The notes beneath the pieces are model-generated. The model had not been told where the DNA came from and made no database searches. It was given only the letters and a program-made list of their open reading frames with translations. Positions 23,545 through 31,810 of a stretch of 56,525 nucleotides of DNA are shown here, in pieces. Made by a program: the position numbers and the translations under genes. Every line of letters begins with the position of its first letter. Within the stretch, counting starts at the first letter, position 1. Source of the DNA: Myxococcales bacterium (GTDB taxonomy: Bacteria; Myxococcota; Myxococcia; Myxococcales; 40CM-4-68-19). The stretch covers positions 1 through 56,525 of the forward strand of contig JBJMQD010000095.1 in assembly GCA_045802855.1 (NCBI GenBank), read 5' to 3'.

Positions 23545-24024
23545 CTAGTTCCCCCTCGCCGCGGGCATCTTCTCGGCGGCCTCTTGAACCGCCTTGACGA
23601 TGTTGTGGTAGCCCGTGCAGCGGCAGATGTTGCCCTCGAGGCCGTGGCGGATCTGCTCCTCCGTCGGCTTCGGGTTCTTGTCGAGGAGCGCGCAGGTCGT
23701 CATGATCATTCCCGGCGTGCAGAACCCGCACTGCAGGCCGTGCTTGTCCCAGAACGCCTGCTGGACGGGATGAAGCTTCCCGTTCTGCGCAATGCCCTCG
23801 ATGGTTGTGACCTTGCGGCCTTCGAGCTGCACGGCGAACAGCGTGCAGCTCTTCGTCGCCTCGCCGTCGACGAGGACGGTACACGCTCCGCACTGACTCG
23901 TGTCGCAGCCGACGTGCGTCCCGGTCAGCCCGAGCACGTCGCGCAGGAAATGGACGAAGAGGAGCCGTGGCTCCACCTCGCGGGTGAAATCGACCCCGTT
24001 GACGTTGATGCTGACGCTACCCAT
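23545..24024 (-). CDS. coxS: Molybdenum hydroxylase small [2Fe-2S] subunit, CoxS-like.
   Basis: This is ORF 23545..24195, trimmed to [10 protein letters not shown] (ATG 24024, with GGGAGGAAG upstream). Cys motifs: [12 protein letters not shown] and [10 protein letters not shown]...CRCTGY. Confidence 0.9.
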   Translation of the reverse strand: MGSVSINVNGVDFTREVEPRLLFVHFLRDVLGLTGTHVGCDTSQCGACTVLVDGEATKSCTLFAVQLEGRKVTTIEGIAQNGKLHPVQQAFWDKHGLQCGFCTPGMIMTTCALLDKNPKPTEEQIRHGLEGNICRCTGYHNIVKAVQEAAEKMPAARGN

Positions 24025-24318
24025 GGCGCTTCCTCCCAGACCGGAGTCCCCGAAGACGCGAGACGGCACTGCGCGATCGGGATCGGGTAGCAAAACGGGG
24101 GTCGGGTGGTCAACCTCGGCAGGGCCGATGCGGATTCGATCCGGGGCATGCCGCGTCGCTCGCCGTAATGGACTCCTGGAGTCTTGATTCGGCAAGAATT
24201 CGGACGCCTGCGCGAAGCCCAGAACTCATGGTCAAGGTTCCAGCGGCAAGCTTGACCAAGGCTGCTCTGTGGTCAGGGTTCGGCCAAACCGCCCTGGCTG
24301 CGGTATCCTGCCGCCTGC

Positions 24319-24846
24319 TTGCGACGCATCGCACTGACCCTGATCTGCGCCTCCGCGCTGTCCGCGCGGGCCTGGGCCGACGAGCCGGTTCCTCCCCGGT
24401 TCGGACTCGACCTCGGGTTCCTCGGCGGCGTCGAGCCGCTCCACGGAAACGTGCCCGACGACGTGGCGTTCCTTTACGGCGGCGACTTGAAGATGCGGCT
24501 CACCTTCGTGTCGCTCGGCGTGCGCCTGGAGAAATCGGCCGAGTTTTCGCCGAGGAACATCACCTTCACGCGCTGGCTCGGAACGGTGGGGTTCAACATC
24601 GGCGCTGGCGACCGAACGGAGATCTCGCCGTACCTCGGCTTCGGAAAGATGCTCTACGGAAGCGCCCTCCAGCCGGACGAGGTCGATGGAAGGCTGGGGC
24701 TCGAGCTCGAGCACTTCTTCGCCCGCTGGATCTCCTTCGGCGCGGGGATCGCCTTCGACGGGCGCCTCTACGACTCGAACGGCGTGCAGACGGCCGGCTC
24801 GCTGAGCGGCACGCTCAAGCTTTCCGTCCACGCGCCGTTCGGCTGA
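24319..24846 (+). CDS. Small outer-membrane beta-barrel protein (hypothetical).
   Basis: TTG start. Signal peptide MRRIALTLICASALSARAWA. Alternating-hydrophobic strands and an aromatic-rich C-terminus ...LKLSVHAPFG. Confidence 0.55.
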   Translation: MRRIALTLICASALSARAWADEPVPPRFGLDLGFLGGVEPLHGNVPDDVAFLYGGDLKMRLTFVSLGVRLEKSAEFSPRNITFTRWLGTVGFNIGAGDRTEISPYLGFGKMLYGSALQPDEVDGRLGLELEHFFARWISFGAGIAFDGRLYDSNGVQTAGSLSGTLKLSVHAPFG

Positions 24847-24849
24847 CGG

Positions 24850-25890
24850 CTAGACCGCGCCCTTGACCAACACCTTCAGCGCCTTTTCCCGGGCCGCGTT
24901 GCCGAAGGTGTCGTACGCCTTCATCAGCTCCTCGAGGTGGAACTCGTGGGTGATGAGGCGGCGCGGCTGCAGCTTTCCCGCGAGGACCGTCTTCAGCAGC
25001 AGCGGCGTCGTCACGGTGTCCACGAGGCGCGTCGTCAGCGTGATGTTGTGTGCCCAGAGCTTCTCCAGCTTGAGGGAGACGCTCTTGCCGTGCACGCCCA
25101 CGTTCGCGATGTGACCGCCGGCGGCGACGATGTCCTGGCAGAGATCGAAGGTGGCGGGGACGCCCACCGCCTCGATTGCCACGTCGACGCCGCGCCTGCC
25201 CGTCAGCTGGAGGATCTTTTCCACCGCGCCGGCGCTGGTCACGGCCTGCGTCGCTCCCATCGACTTCGCGACCGCAAGGCGGTTCTCGTCGACGTCGACG
25301 ACGATGATCTCCGAGGGCGAGTAGAGCTGGGCAGTGAGGAGCGCCGCGAGCCCGACCGGCCCCGCGCCCACGATGACGACGGTGTCACCGGGCTTGACGG
25401 TCCCGTTGAGCACGCCGCACTCGTAGCCGGTCGGCAGGATGTCGCTCAGCATCACCAGCGCGTCCTGGTCGGCACCCTTCGGTACAGCGTAGAGGCTCGT
25501 GTCGGCGAAAGGAATGCGGACGTACTCGGCCTGCGTGCCGTCGATGGTGTTGCCGAGGATCCAGCCGCCGCCGCTCTCGCAGTGCGAGTACATGCCTTTC
25601 TTGCAGGTGGGGCATTTGCCGCACGAGCTGATGCAGGAGATGAGGACGCGGTCGCCGGCCTTGAAAGAGGAGACGGCGGAGCCGACCTGCTCGACGACTC
25701 CCACGCCTTCGTGGCCGAGGATCCGACCTGGGGTCACCGAGGGGACGTCGCCTTTCAGGATGTGCAAATCAGTCCCGCAAATCGTGGTGCGCACGATTTT
25801 CACCACGGCGTCCGAAGCGTCTTGCACCGTCGGCTTCGGTTTGTCTTCCCACGCGCGCTTGCCGGGGCCTCGATAAACGAGTGCTTTCAT
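24850..25890 (-). CDS. adh: Zn-dependent alcohol dehydrogenase (MDR family).
   Basis: This is ORF 24850..26205, trimmed to MKALVYRGPGK (ATG 25890, with GGAGAG upstream). GHEGVGVVEQVG, the structural Zn motif CGKCPTCKKGMYSHC and the Rossmann motif VVIVGAGPVG are present. Confidence 0.9.
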   Translation of the reverse strand: MKALVYRGPGKRAWEDKPKPTVQDASDAVVKIVRTTICGTDLHILKGDVPSVTPGRILGHEGVGVVEQVGSAVSSFKAGDRVLISCISSCGKCPTCKKGMYSHCESGGGWILGNTIDGTQAEYVRIPFADTSLYAVPKGADQDALVMLSDILPTGYECGVLNGTVKPGDTVVIVGAGPVGLAALLTAQLYSPSEIIVVDVDENRLAVAKSMGATQAVTSAGAVEKILQLTGRRGVDVAIEAVGVPATFDLCQDIVAAGGHIANVGVHGKSVSLKLEKLWAHNITLTTRLVDTVTTPLLLKTVLAGKLQPRRLITHEFHLEELMKAYDTFGNAAREKALKVLVKGAV

Positions 25891-25948
25891 GAATCTCTCC
25901 TGGTCGGTGAGCCGCGCGGTTTGCGAAGCGCGACGACCGCGGTTCGCT

Positions 25949-25963
25949 GCAAACGAAGTGCCG
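25949..25963 (-). promoter_or_regulatory. Sigma-54 promoter upstream of adh.
   Basis: The minus strand reads CGGCAC-TTCGT-TTGCA (GGCAC-N5-TTGCA). It is 59 nt upstream of the adh ATG, in the adh/DUF885 divergent region. Confidence 0.6.
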
Positions 25964-26041
25964 GACCTGTCCGTGCGGCGGCAGAGAGTCGCGGTCGCTT
26001 CGGGATCGGCAAAAGGTGCGCGTGATGCGGTACCTTCTGGA

Positions 26042-27763
26042 ATGCCCCGCTTGCGATGCATCGCGATCGCCGTGACCCTCGCCGCCTGCGCTGCCCACTC
26101 GCCCGGATCCATCCCCATGACTTCCGACGCGGCAGAAAAGCTCCGCAGCATCGGCGACCGGTACTGGAACGCTCTCCTCGCCACGACGACGCTGACGGCG
26201 CTCAACCAGAACGGGGTCGGATATCTGGGCGGGCCGATCTACGCGACTTCGATCGGCGACCACCGCTTCGACGAGAAGTTGGATGATCTTTCGCCCGGAG
26301 CGCTGGCGGCGGTCGTCGCTACGATGCGCGGGCTGCGAGACGAGCTCGATCGAATACCGGCCAAGGAGCTGCAAGGCGAGGACGCGCTGTCGTACGAGAT
26401 CCTCCGCGAGCAGCTGCGCGATGCGGCGGCCTCTGACATCTGCAAGATGGAGCTATGGCTCGTGGACGCGCAAAACGGGCCGCAGACGCAGCTTGCGCAA
26501 ACGGCGCAGGGCTACCGGGATCCCAAGGCGCTCCAGGCCCGGCTTTCGCAAGCGCCAGGTTACTTCGCGCAGATTGCCGACAACCTGCGGCGCGGGCTCG
26601 CGCAAGGTCTCGTCTCATCCCGCGCGAACGTGATGCGGGTGATCGACCAGCTCGATTCGCTTCTCAACGCGGCGCCGTCACCATTCGGTCCTGACGCGAG
26701 CGCGGTCCTCCCGGCGCTCGCCACCTTTCGCGACTTCCTCCGCGACGAGATCCTGCCGAAGTCGCGCCCCGACGATCGCCTCGGCATCTGGGCGCTCCCG
26801 GATGGCGCCGACTGCTACACGTTCCTCGTGCGCCGCCACACGGGCGGCACGCGCGCACCCGAGCAGCTGCACCAGCTTGGTCTCGATCAGCTCCGGTCCA
26901 TCGAAGAGGAAGCGCGCAAGATCGCTCGCGCGGAAGGCCACGATACGATCGAATCCTTCCGCGCCGCGCTGAGCGCCGATGACAGCCAATTCAAGACGAC
27001 GCGCGAGGAGCTTCTCGCCTTCAACCGCGACCTGCTCGCACGAACCGTCGCCGCGCTGCCGAAGGGATTCGAAGGCCTTGCGCTCCTGCCCCTGGAGGTC
27101 CGGCCCGTCGAGGAGTATCGCGAGGCGTCGTTCACGGCGGGCTACTACCAACCTCCGGCGGGCGAGGGCAGCCCCGGTATCTACTACGTCAATACCTACC
27201 AGCCCGGGACGCGCCCGCTCTTCAACATCGAGCCGCTGCTCTTCCACGAGGCCGTGCCCGGGCACCACTTGCAGGGCTCGGCGATGCTCGCGCTGCACGG
27301 CCTGCCCGAGTACCGGCGCGAGTTCGGACCCACCGCTTACATCGAAGGTTGGGCGCTCTACAGCGAGCGGATGAGCGACGAGGCGCTGCACCTCTACTCG
27401 GGGCCGAAGGCGCGCTTTGGAATGCTCGGCTATCAGGCCTGGCGGGCGGCCCGGCTCGTCGTCGACACCGGAATGCATGCGCTCCGCTGGGATCGTGAGA
27501 AGTGCGTGAAGTTCCTCGCCGACCACACCACCCTGCCGCGGCTCGAGGCGGAGGCGGAGATCGATCGCTACGCAGCGAGTCCCGCGCAGGCGCTGGGATA
27601 CATGGTCGGAGAGCTGGAAATCTATCGATTGCGCCGCGAAGCCGGACGGCGCCTTGGCGCGAACTTCGATCTGCGCGGCTTCCACGCCGCGGTGTTGCGC
27701 CACGGGCCGGTGTCGATGGCGACCCTCGCGCGCGTCGTCGACGAATGGGTCGCGCAGCGCTGA
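26042..27763 (+). CDS. DUF885-family lipoprotein (metallopeptidase-like).
   Basis: This is ORF 25889..27763, trimmed to MPRLRCIAIAVTLAACAAH (lipobox, ATG 26042). It has the characteristic HEAVPGHHLQ motif and the typical DUF885 length. Confidence 0.75.
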   Translation: MPRLRCIAIAVTLAACAAHSPGSIPMTSDAAEKLRSIGDRYWNALLATTTLTALNQNGVGYLGGPIYATSIGDHRFDEKLDDLSPGALAAVVATMRGLRDELDRIPAKELQGEDALSYEILREQLRDAAASDICKMELWLVDAQNGPQTQLAQTAQGYRDPKALQARLSQAPGYFAQIADNLRRGLAQGLVSSRANVMRVIDQLDSLLNAAPSPFGPDASAVLPALATFRDFLRDEILPKSRPDDRLGIWALPDGADCYTFLVRRHTGGTRAPEQLHQLGLDQLRSIEEEARKIARAEGHDTIESFRAALSADDSQFKTTREELLAFNRDLLARTVAALPKGFEGLALLPLEVRPVEEYREASFTAGYYQPPAGEGSPGIYYVNTYQPGTRPLFNIEPLLFHEAVPGHHLQGSAMLALHGLPEYRREFGPTAYIEGWALYSERMSDEALHLYSGPKARFGMLGYQAWRAARLVVDTGMHALRWDREKCVKFLADHTTLPRLEAEAEIDRYAASPAQALGYMVGELEIYRLRREAGRRLGANFDLRGFHAAVLRHGPVSMATLARVVDEWVAQR

Positions 27764-27769
27764 GCCGGG

Positions 27770-28117
27770 TTACTTGCTCGCCGCCGCCGTGATGACGACG
27801 CACTGCTGCCGGAAGATGGTCAAGACGCTGATCGAGTGCATGTCGGCGCGCACGTCCGTGAGGAGCGCCCCAGGCGCCTTCGCCTGGGCGTCGCGGATCG
27901 CCTCGGCGTATCCGCCTGCGCCCCAGGCGATGGAGGCGAAGATCACGGGGATGAAGATGCCCATCTGGCAGGCCTCGCCGCGCACCTCCTCGCCGCCTTT
28001 CGCGAGCTCGCCGCGATAGTCGAGCGGGGCGGAGACGTCCTCGAAGACCGTGGCCGGCCCAAGGACGTTGGGCGGCACGCAGCCCGCGCAGAGCAGGAGA
28101 ATGAGCAGCGGTTTCAC
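27770..28117 (-). CDS. TRL-like small lipoprotein (copy 2 of a tandem pair).
   Basis: GTG 28117 overlaps the upstream stop (GTGA). (V)KPLLILLLCAGC is followed by ...GEACQMGIFIPVIFASIAWGAGGYAEAIRDAQAKAPGALLTDVRADMHSISVLTIF, which is similar to the neighbouring paralog. Confidence 0.55.
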   Translation of the reverse strand: MKPLLILLLCAGCVPPNVLGPATVFEDVSAPLDYRGELAKGGEEVRGEACQMGIFIPVIFASIAWGAGGYAEAIRDAQAKAPGALLTDVRADMHSISVLTIFRQQCVVITAAASK

Positions 28118-28437
28118 CGGACAGCTCTCGCGGTCACCCGGGTACATGCCTTCGTGTAGATGAAGAGAATGTTCAAGAAGTTCGTGTCCGAGCGGATGTC
28201 GGCGAGCTCGGCCCCTCCCGAGCGGGTGCGCGCGTCCGCGACAGCCGCCGCATAGCCGGCGTCGCCCCAGGCGATGAGACCGAGAACCGCCTGGTTGCAA
28301 GCGATTCCCTCGACGTCGCGGGCACTCTCGGCGTTCGCTTCCTGGGCCGTGGGCGCGCGGTAGGCGAGGGGCGTCGTGACGTTGGCGAAGACGCAGCCCG
28401 CGGACGAGACCGCGGCGAGCACAGCGAGCATGCGCAT
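28114..28437 (-). CDS. TRL-like small lipoprotein (copy 1 of a tandem pair).
   Basis: This is the C-terminal 107 aa of ORF 28114..28785, starting at MRMLAVLAAVSSAGC (ATG 28437). ...EGIACNQAVLGLIAWGDAGYAAAVADARTRSGGAELADIRSDTNFLNILFIYTK fits the TRL family pattern as I remember it. Confidence 0.55.
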   Translation of the reverse strand: MRMLAVLAAVSSAGCVFANVTTPLAYRAPTAQEANAESARDVEGIACNQAVLGLIAWGDAGYAAAVADARTRSGGAELADIRSDTNFLNILFIYTKACTRVTARAVR

Positions 28438-28633
28438 GTTGGAAATCCCCCTTTGAGAACGGTGCGCGGATGCTATGCCGCGAAAATGTCGGTGTCCATC
28501 GCCAATGCTTTGGCCGGCGGCCTCCGCGACTGGCGACGCATTGCAAAGCCCTCTCCTCCTGCTTGATGGGGGGCGGAATGTTGCGGTCCCGAAACACGAA
28601 AAGGGGGCCGTTTCAGGGTATGAAGAATGGATC

Positions 28634-31600
28634 ATGATGTGGCTCGTCCGCATGGCGCTCAAGCGCCCGTACACGTTCGTAGTGATGTCGATGCTCATCA
28701 TCATCCTCGGCGTCCTCACCATCCTGAGGATGCCTACGGACATCTTCCCGGACATCGACATCCCGGTGATCTCCGTCGTCTTCAACTACTCGGGGCTCGC
28801 TCCCGAGGAGATGGAGCGGCGGATGGTCAACAACTACGAGCGCGCACTTACTACGACCGTAAACGATATCGAGCACATCGAGAGCCAGTCGCTGACGGGC
28901 GTCGCCGTGGTGAAGATCTTCTTCCAGCCGGGTGCCAAGATCGAGGCGGCCACCGCGCAGGTGACGGCGATCTCCCAGGCCGCCATCCGCTCGATGCCGC
29001 CAGGGACGACGCCGCCGTTCATCATCCGGTACAGCGCGTCGAACGTCCCCATCCTCCAGGTCGCGCTGCAGAGCGAATCCCTCAGCGAGCAGCAACTCTT
29101 CGACTACGGCGTCAACTTCGTCCGCACCGACATGACGACGATCCAGGGGATCCAGATTCCGTATCCCTACGGCGGCAAGCAGCGCCTGGTCATGATCGAC
29201 ATCGACCCCCAGCGCCTCTTCGCCTGGGGCCTGTCGCCCCGCGACGTGAACAACGCGGTGGCCTCGCAGAACGTCGTTGTACCGACGGGCACCGCGAAGA
29301 TCGGCGGCAGCGAGTACCCGATCGTCTTGAACGCGAGCCCCGATCTGCTCACGGAGATCGAGGCGATTCCGGTCAAGGTCGTCAAGGGCACGACCGTCTA
29401 CGTGCGCGACGTCGCCCACGTCCGCGACGGGTACTCGCCGCAGACCAACATCGTCCACGTCGAGGGACAACGCTCCGTCCTGATGAGCATCCTCAAGCAG
29501 GGGAGCGCGAGCACTCTCGACGTCGTGCGCCGGGTGCGCGAGGTGATCCCGGCCACGCTCGCGCGGCTGCCGAAAGACCTGAAGGTCGCGCTGATGTTCG
29601 ATCAGTCGCTGTTCGTCAGGGCCTCGATCGAGGGCGTCGTCAAGGAAGCGCTGATCGCGGCGGGCCTCACCGCGCTCATGCTCCTCGTCTTCCTGGGAAG
29701 CTGGCGAAGCACCGTCATCGTCCTCGTCTCCATCCCGCTTTCCATCCTCGTCTCGATCATCGTCCTCTCCTGGCTTGGCCAGACCCTCAACGTGATGACG
29801 CTTGGCGGGATGGCGCTCGCGGTCGGAATCCTGGTCGACGACGCCACGGTGGAGATCGAGAACGTCCACCGCAACATGGCGCAGAAGAAACCGATCATCC
29901 GCGCCATCCTCGACGGCGCCGCGGAGATCGCCACGCCGGCGTTCGTTTCCACCCTTTGCATCTGCATCGTCTTCGTGCCGGTCGTCTTCATCAGCGGCTC
30001 CGCCAAGTCGCTCTTCGTGCCGCTCGCGATGTCGGTCGTGTTCGCGATGCTCACTTCGTACTTCCTCTCCCGAACGCTCGTGCCGACGATGATGCGCTAC
30101 CTGATGGCGCGGGACGCCGAGCGCCATGCGGCCGGGCACGATCCGGAGCCGAAGACCATCGCGGGCCGGTTCATCCAGCATTTCGAGAGCGGATTCGAGA
30201 AGCTGCGCGCGAGGTACGGATCGCTCCTCGCCTGGACGCTCGCGCACCGCAAGAACCTGATCATCGGATTCGGCATTTTCGTCCTCGCCTCGCTCGCGCT
30301 CCTCCCGCTCGTCGGCCGCGACTTCTTCCCCACCGTGGACGCGGGCCTCATCAAGCTGCACGTCCGCGGCGTGCCGGGCACGCGGATCGAGGAGACCGAA
30401 AGGAAGTTCGTGCAGATCGAGGACGCCATCCGGCAGGTGATCCCCGCGGACGAGATCGACAACGTTCTCGACAACATCGGGATCCCGTACAGCGGCCTCA
30501 ATCTGTCGCTCAGCGAAGGCGCGCTCATCTCCGCGGCGGACGGCGAGATCTTCATCGCCCTCAAGGAAGACCATCGCCCGACTGCCGATTACGTGCGCAC
30601 CCTGCGCGTGACCCTGGGGGAGCGGTTTCCCGAGCAGACTTTCTTCTTCCTCGCTCCCGACATTTCCACGCAGGTGCTGAACTTCGGCCTGCCCGCTCCC
30701 ATCGACCTGCAGGTGATCGGAGGCGTCGGGAACGAGCAGGCGACCTACGACGTCGCGAAGCAACTCGCGCGAGGCCTGCTCGCGATCCCGGGCGCAGTCG
30801 ACGTGCACCTCGCGCAGGTTCCCCGCCAGCCCGCTCTGCGCGTCGACGTGAACCGCACCATGGCCGGCGAGGTCGGCCTCACCGAGCGCGACGTGGCGAG
30901 CGATCTGCTGGTGGCGCTCGCCTCCAGCTCCGTCGTGTCGCCGACCTACTGGCTCGACAAGCGCGGCGTGCAGTACCTGGTCGCGGTGCAGACGCCGCAG
31001 ACGAACATCAATTCCATCAACGCGATGAACACCCTGCCGCTCTCGAACGGCACGAGCCGCCCGCAGCTGCTTTCCAACGTCGCGTCGATCTCCCGGACGG
31101 AAGGGCCCGTGAACATCACCCACTACAACATCAAGCGCACCTTCGACGTGCAGGCCAACGTGGAAGGCACCGACCTCGGTTCGGTAACCTCGAAGGTCGA
31201 AGACCTGGTCGCCAAGCTCAAGCCGTCGTTTCCGCGAGGCACCACGGTGACTCTCAAGGGCCAGGCGGAGAGCATGCAGTCTTCCTTCCGCGGCCTCGGC
31301 TTCGGCCTCATCTTCGCCATCGTCCTCGTCTATCTGCTCATGGTGGTGAACTTCCAGTCCTGGCTCGATCCGCTGGTCATCCTGATGGCGTTGCCCGGCG
31401 CGCTCGCCGGGATCGCCTGGATGCTCTTCCTTTCGCACACGACGCTGAGCGTCCCCGCCCTGATGGGGTCGATCATGTGCGTCGGCGTCGCCACCGCGAA
31501 CAGCATCCTGGTCGTTACTTTCGCAAACGACATGCGTGCGGCCGGAATGGACGCGACCAGGGCCGCGCTGGCTGCCGGCATGACGCGGCTACGGCCGGTG

Positions 31601-31810
31601 ATCATGACCGCGCTCGCGATGATCCTCGGCATGCTCCCGATGGCGCTCGGCCTCGGCGAGGGCGGCGAGCAGAACGCCCCGCTCGGCCGCGCCGTGATCG
31701 GTGGCCTATCGCTCGCCACGGTGACGACGCTGTTCTTCGTGCCGGTCATGTACAGCATCCTGCGGCGCAAGCCCCCCCACCCGGTCGATCCCGAAGTGGA
31801 GGCAGCGTGA
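28634..31810 (+). CDS. RND efflux transporter permease (AcrB/HAE family).
   Basis: This is ORF 28475..31810, trimmed to MMWLVRMALKRPYTFVVMSMLIIILG (ATG 28634). It is 1058 aa with the 12-TM AcrB architecture and large periplasmic loops. Confidence 0.9.
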   Translation: MMWLVRMALKRPYTFVVMSMLIIILGVLTILRMPTDIFPDIDIPVISVVFNYSGLAPEEMERRMVNNYERALTTTVNDIEHIESQSLTGVAVVKIFFQPGAKIEAATAQVTAISQAAIRSMPPGTTPPFIIRYSASNVPILQVALQSESLSEQQLFDYGVNFVRTDMTTIQGIQIPYPYGGKQRLVMIDIDPQRLFAWGLSPRDVNNAVASQNVVVPTGTAKIGGSEYPIVLNASPDLLTEIEAIPVKVVKGTTVYVRDVAHVRDGYSPQTNIVHVEGQRSVLMSILKQGSASTLDVVRRVREVIPATLARLPKDLKVALMFDQSLFVRASIEGVVKEALIAAGLTALMLLVFLGSWRSTVIVLVSIPLSILVSIIVLSWLGQTLNVMTLGGMALAVGILVDDATVEIENVHRNMAQKKPIIRAILDGAAEIATPAFVSTLCICIVFVPVVFISGSAKSLFVPLAMSVVFAMLTSYFLSRTLVPTMMRYLMARDAERHAAGHDPEPKTIAGRFIQHFESGFEKLRARYGSLLAWTLAHRKNLIIGFGIFVLASLALLPLVGRDFFPTVDAGLIKLHVRGVPGTRIEETERKFVQIEDAIRQVIPADEIDNVLDNIGIPYSGLNLSLSEGALISAADGEIFIALKEDHRPTADYVRTLRVTLGERFPEQTFFFLAPDISTQVLNFGLPAPIDLQVIGGVGNEQATYDVAKQLARGLLAIPGAVDVHLAQVPRQPALRVDVNRTMAGEVGLTERDVASDLLVALASSSVVSPTYWLDKRGVQYLVAVQTPQTNINSINAMNTLPLSNGTSRPQLLSNVASISRTEGPVNITHYNIKRTFDVQANVEGTDLGSVTSKVEDLVAKLKPSFPRGTTVTLKGQAESMQSSFRGLGFGLIFAIVLVYLLMVVNFQSWLDPLVILMALPGALAGIAWMLFLSHTTLSVPALMGSIMCVGVATANSILVVTFANDMRAAGMDATRAALAAGMTRLRPVIMTALAMILGMLPMALGLGEGGEQNAPLGRAVIGGLSLATVTTLFFVPVMYSILRRKPPHPVDPEVEAA

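Noticed and set aside
28531-28545. TGGCGA-CGCA-TTGCA in the TRL/RND divergent region.
   Set aside because: It looks like a sigma-54 promoter, but the spacer is 4 nt rather than 5 (GG-N9-GC). Sigma-54 does not tolerate that spacing change.
28613-31438. A 941-aa antisense ORF across the RND pump, and the 1479-aa plus-strand ORF 28627..33066.
   Set aside because: The antisense ORF is low-complexity and Arg/Asp/Glu-rich. The 1479-aa ORF is out of frame over the pump. Only its last 419 aa, from GTG 31807, form a real protein, the membrane fusion protein.
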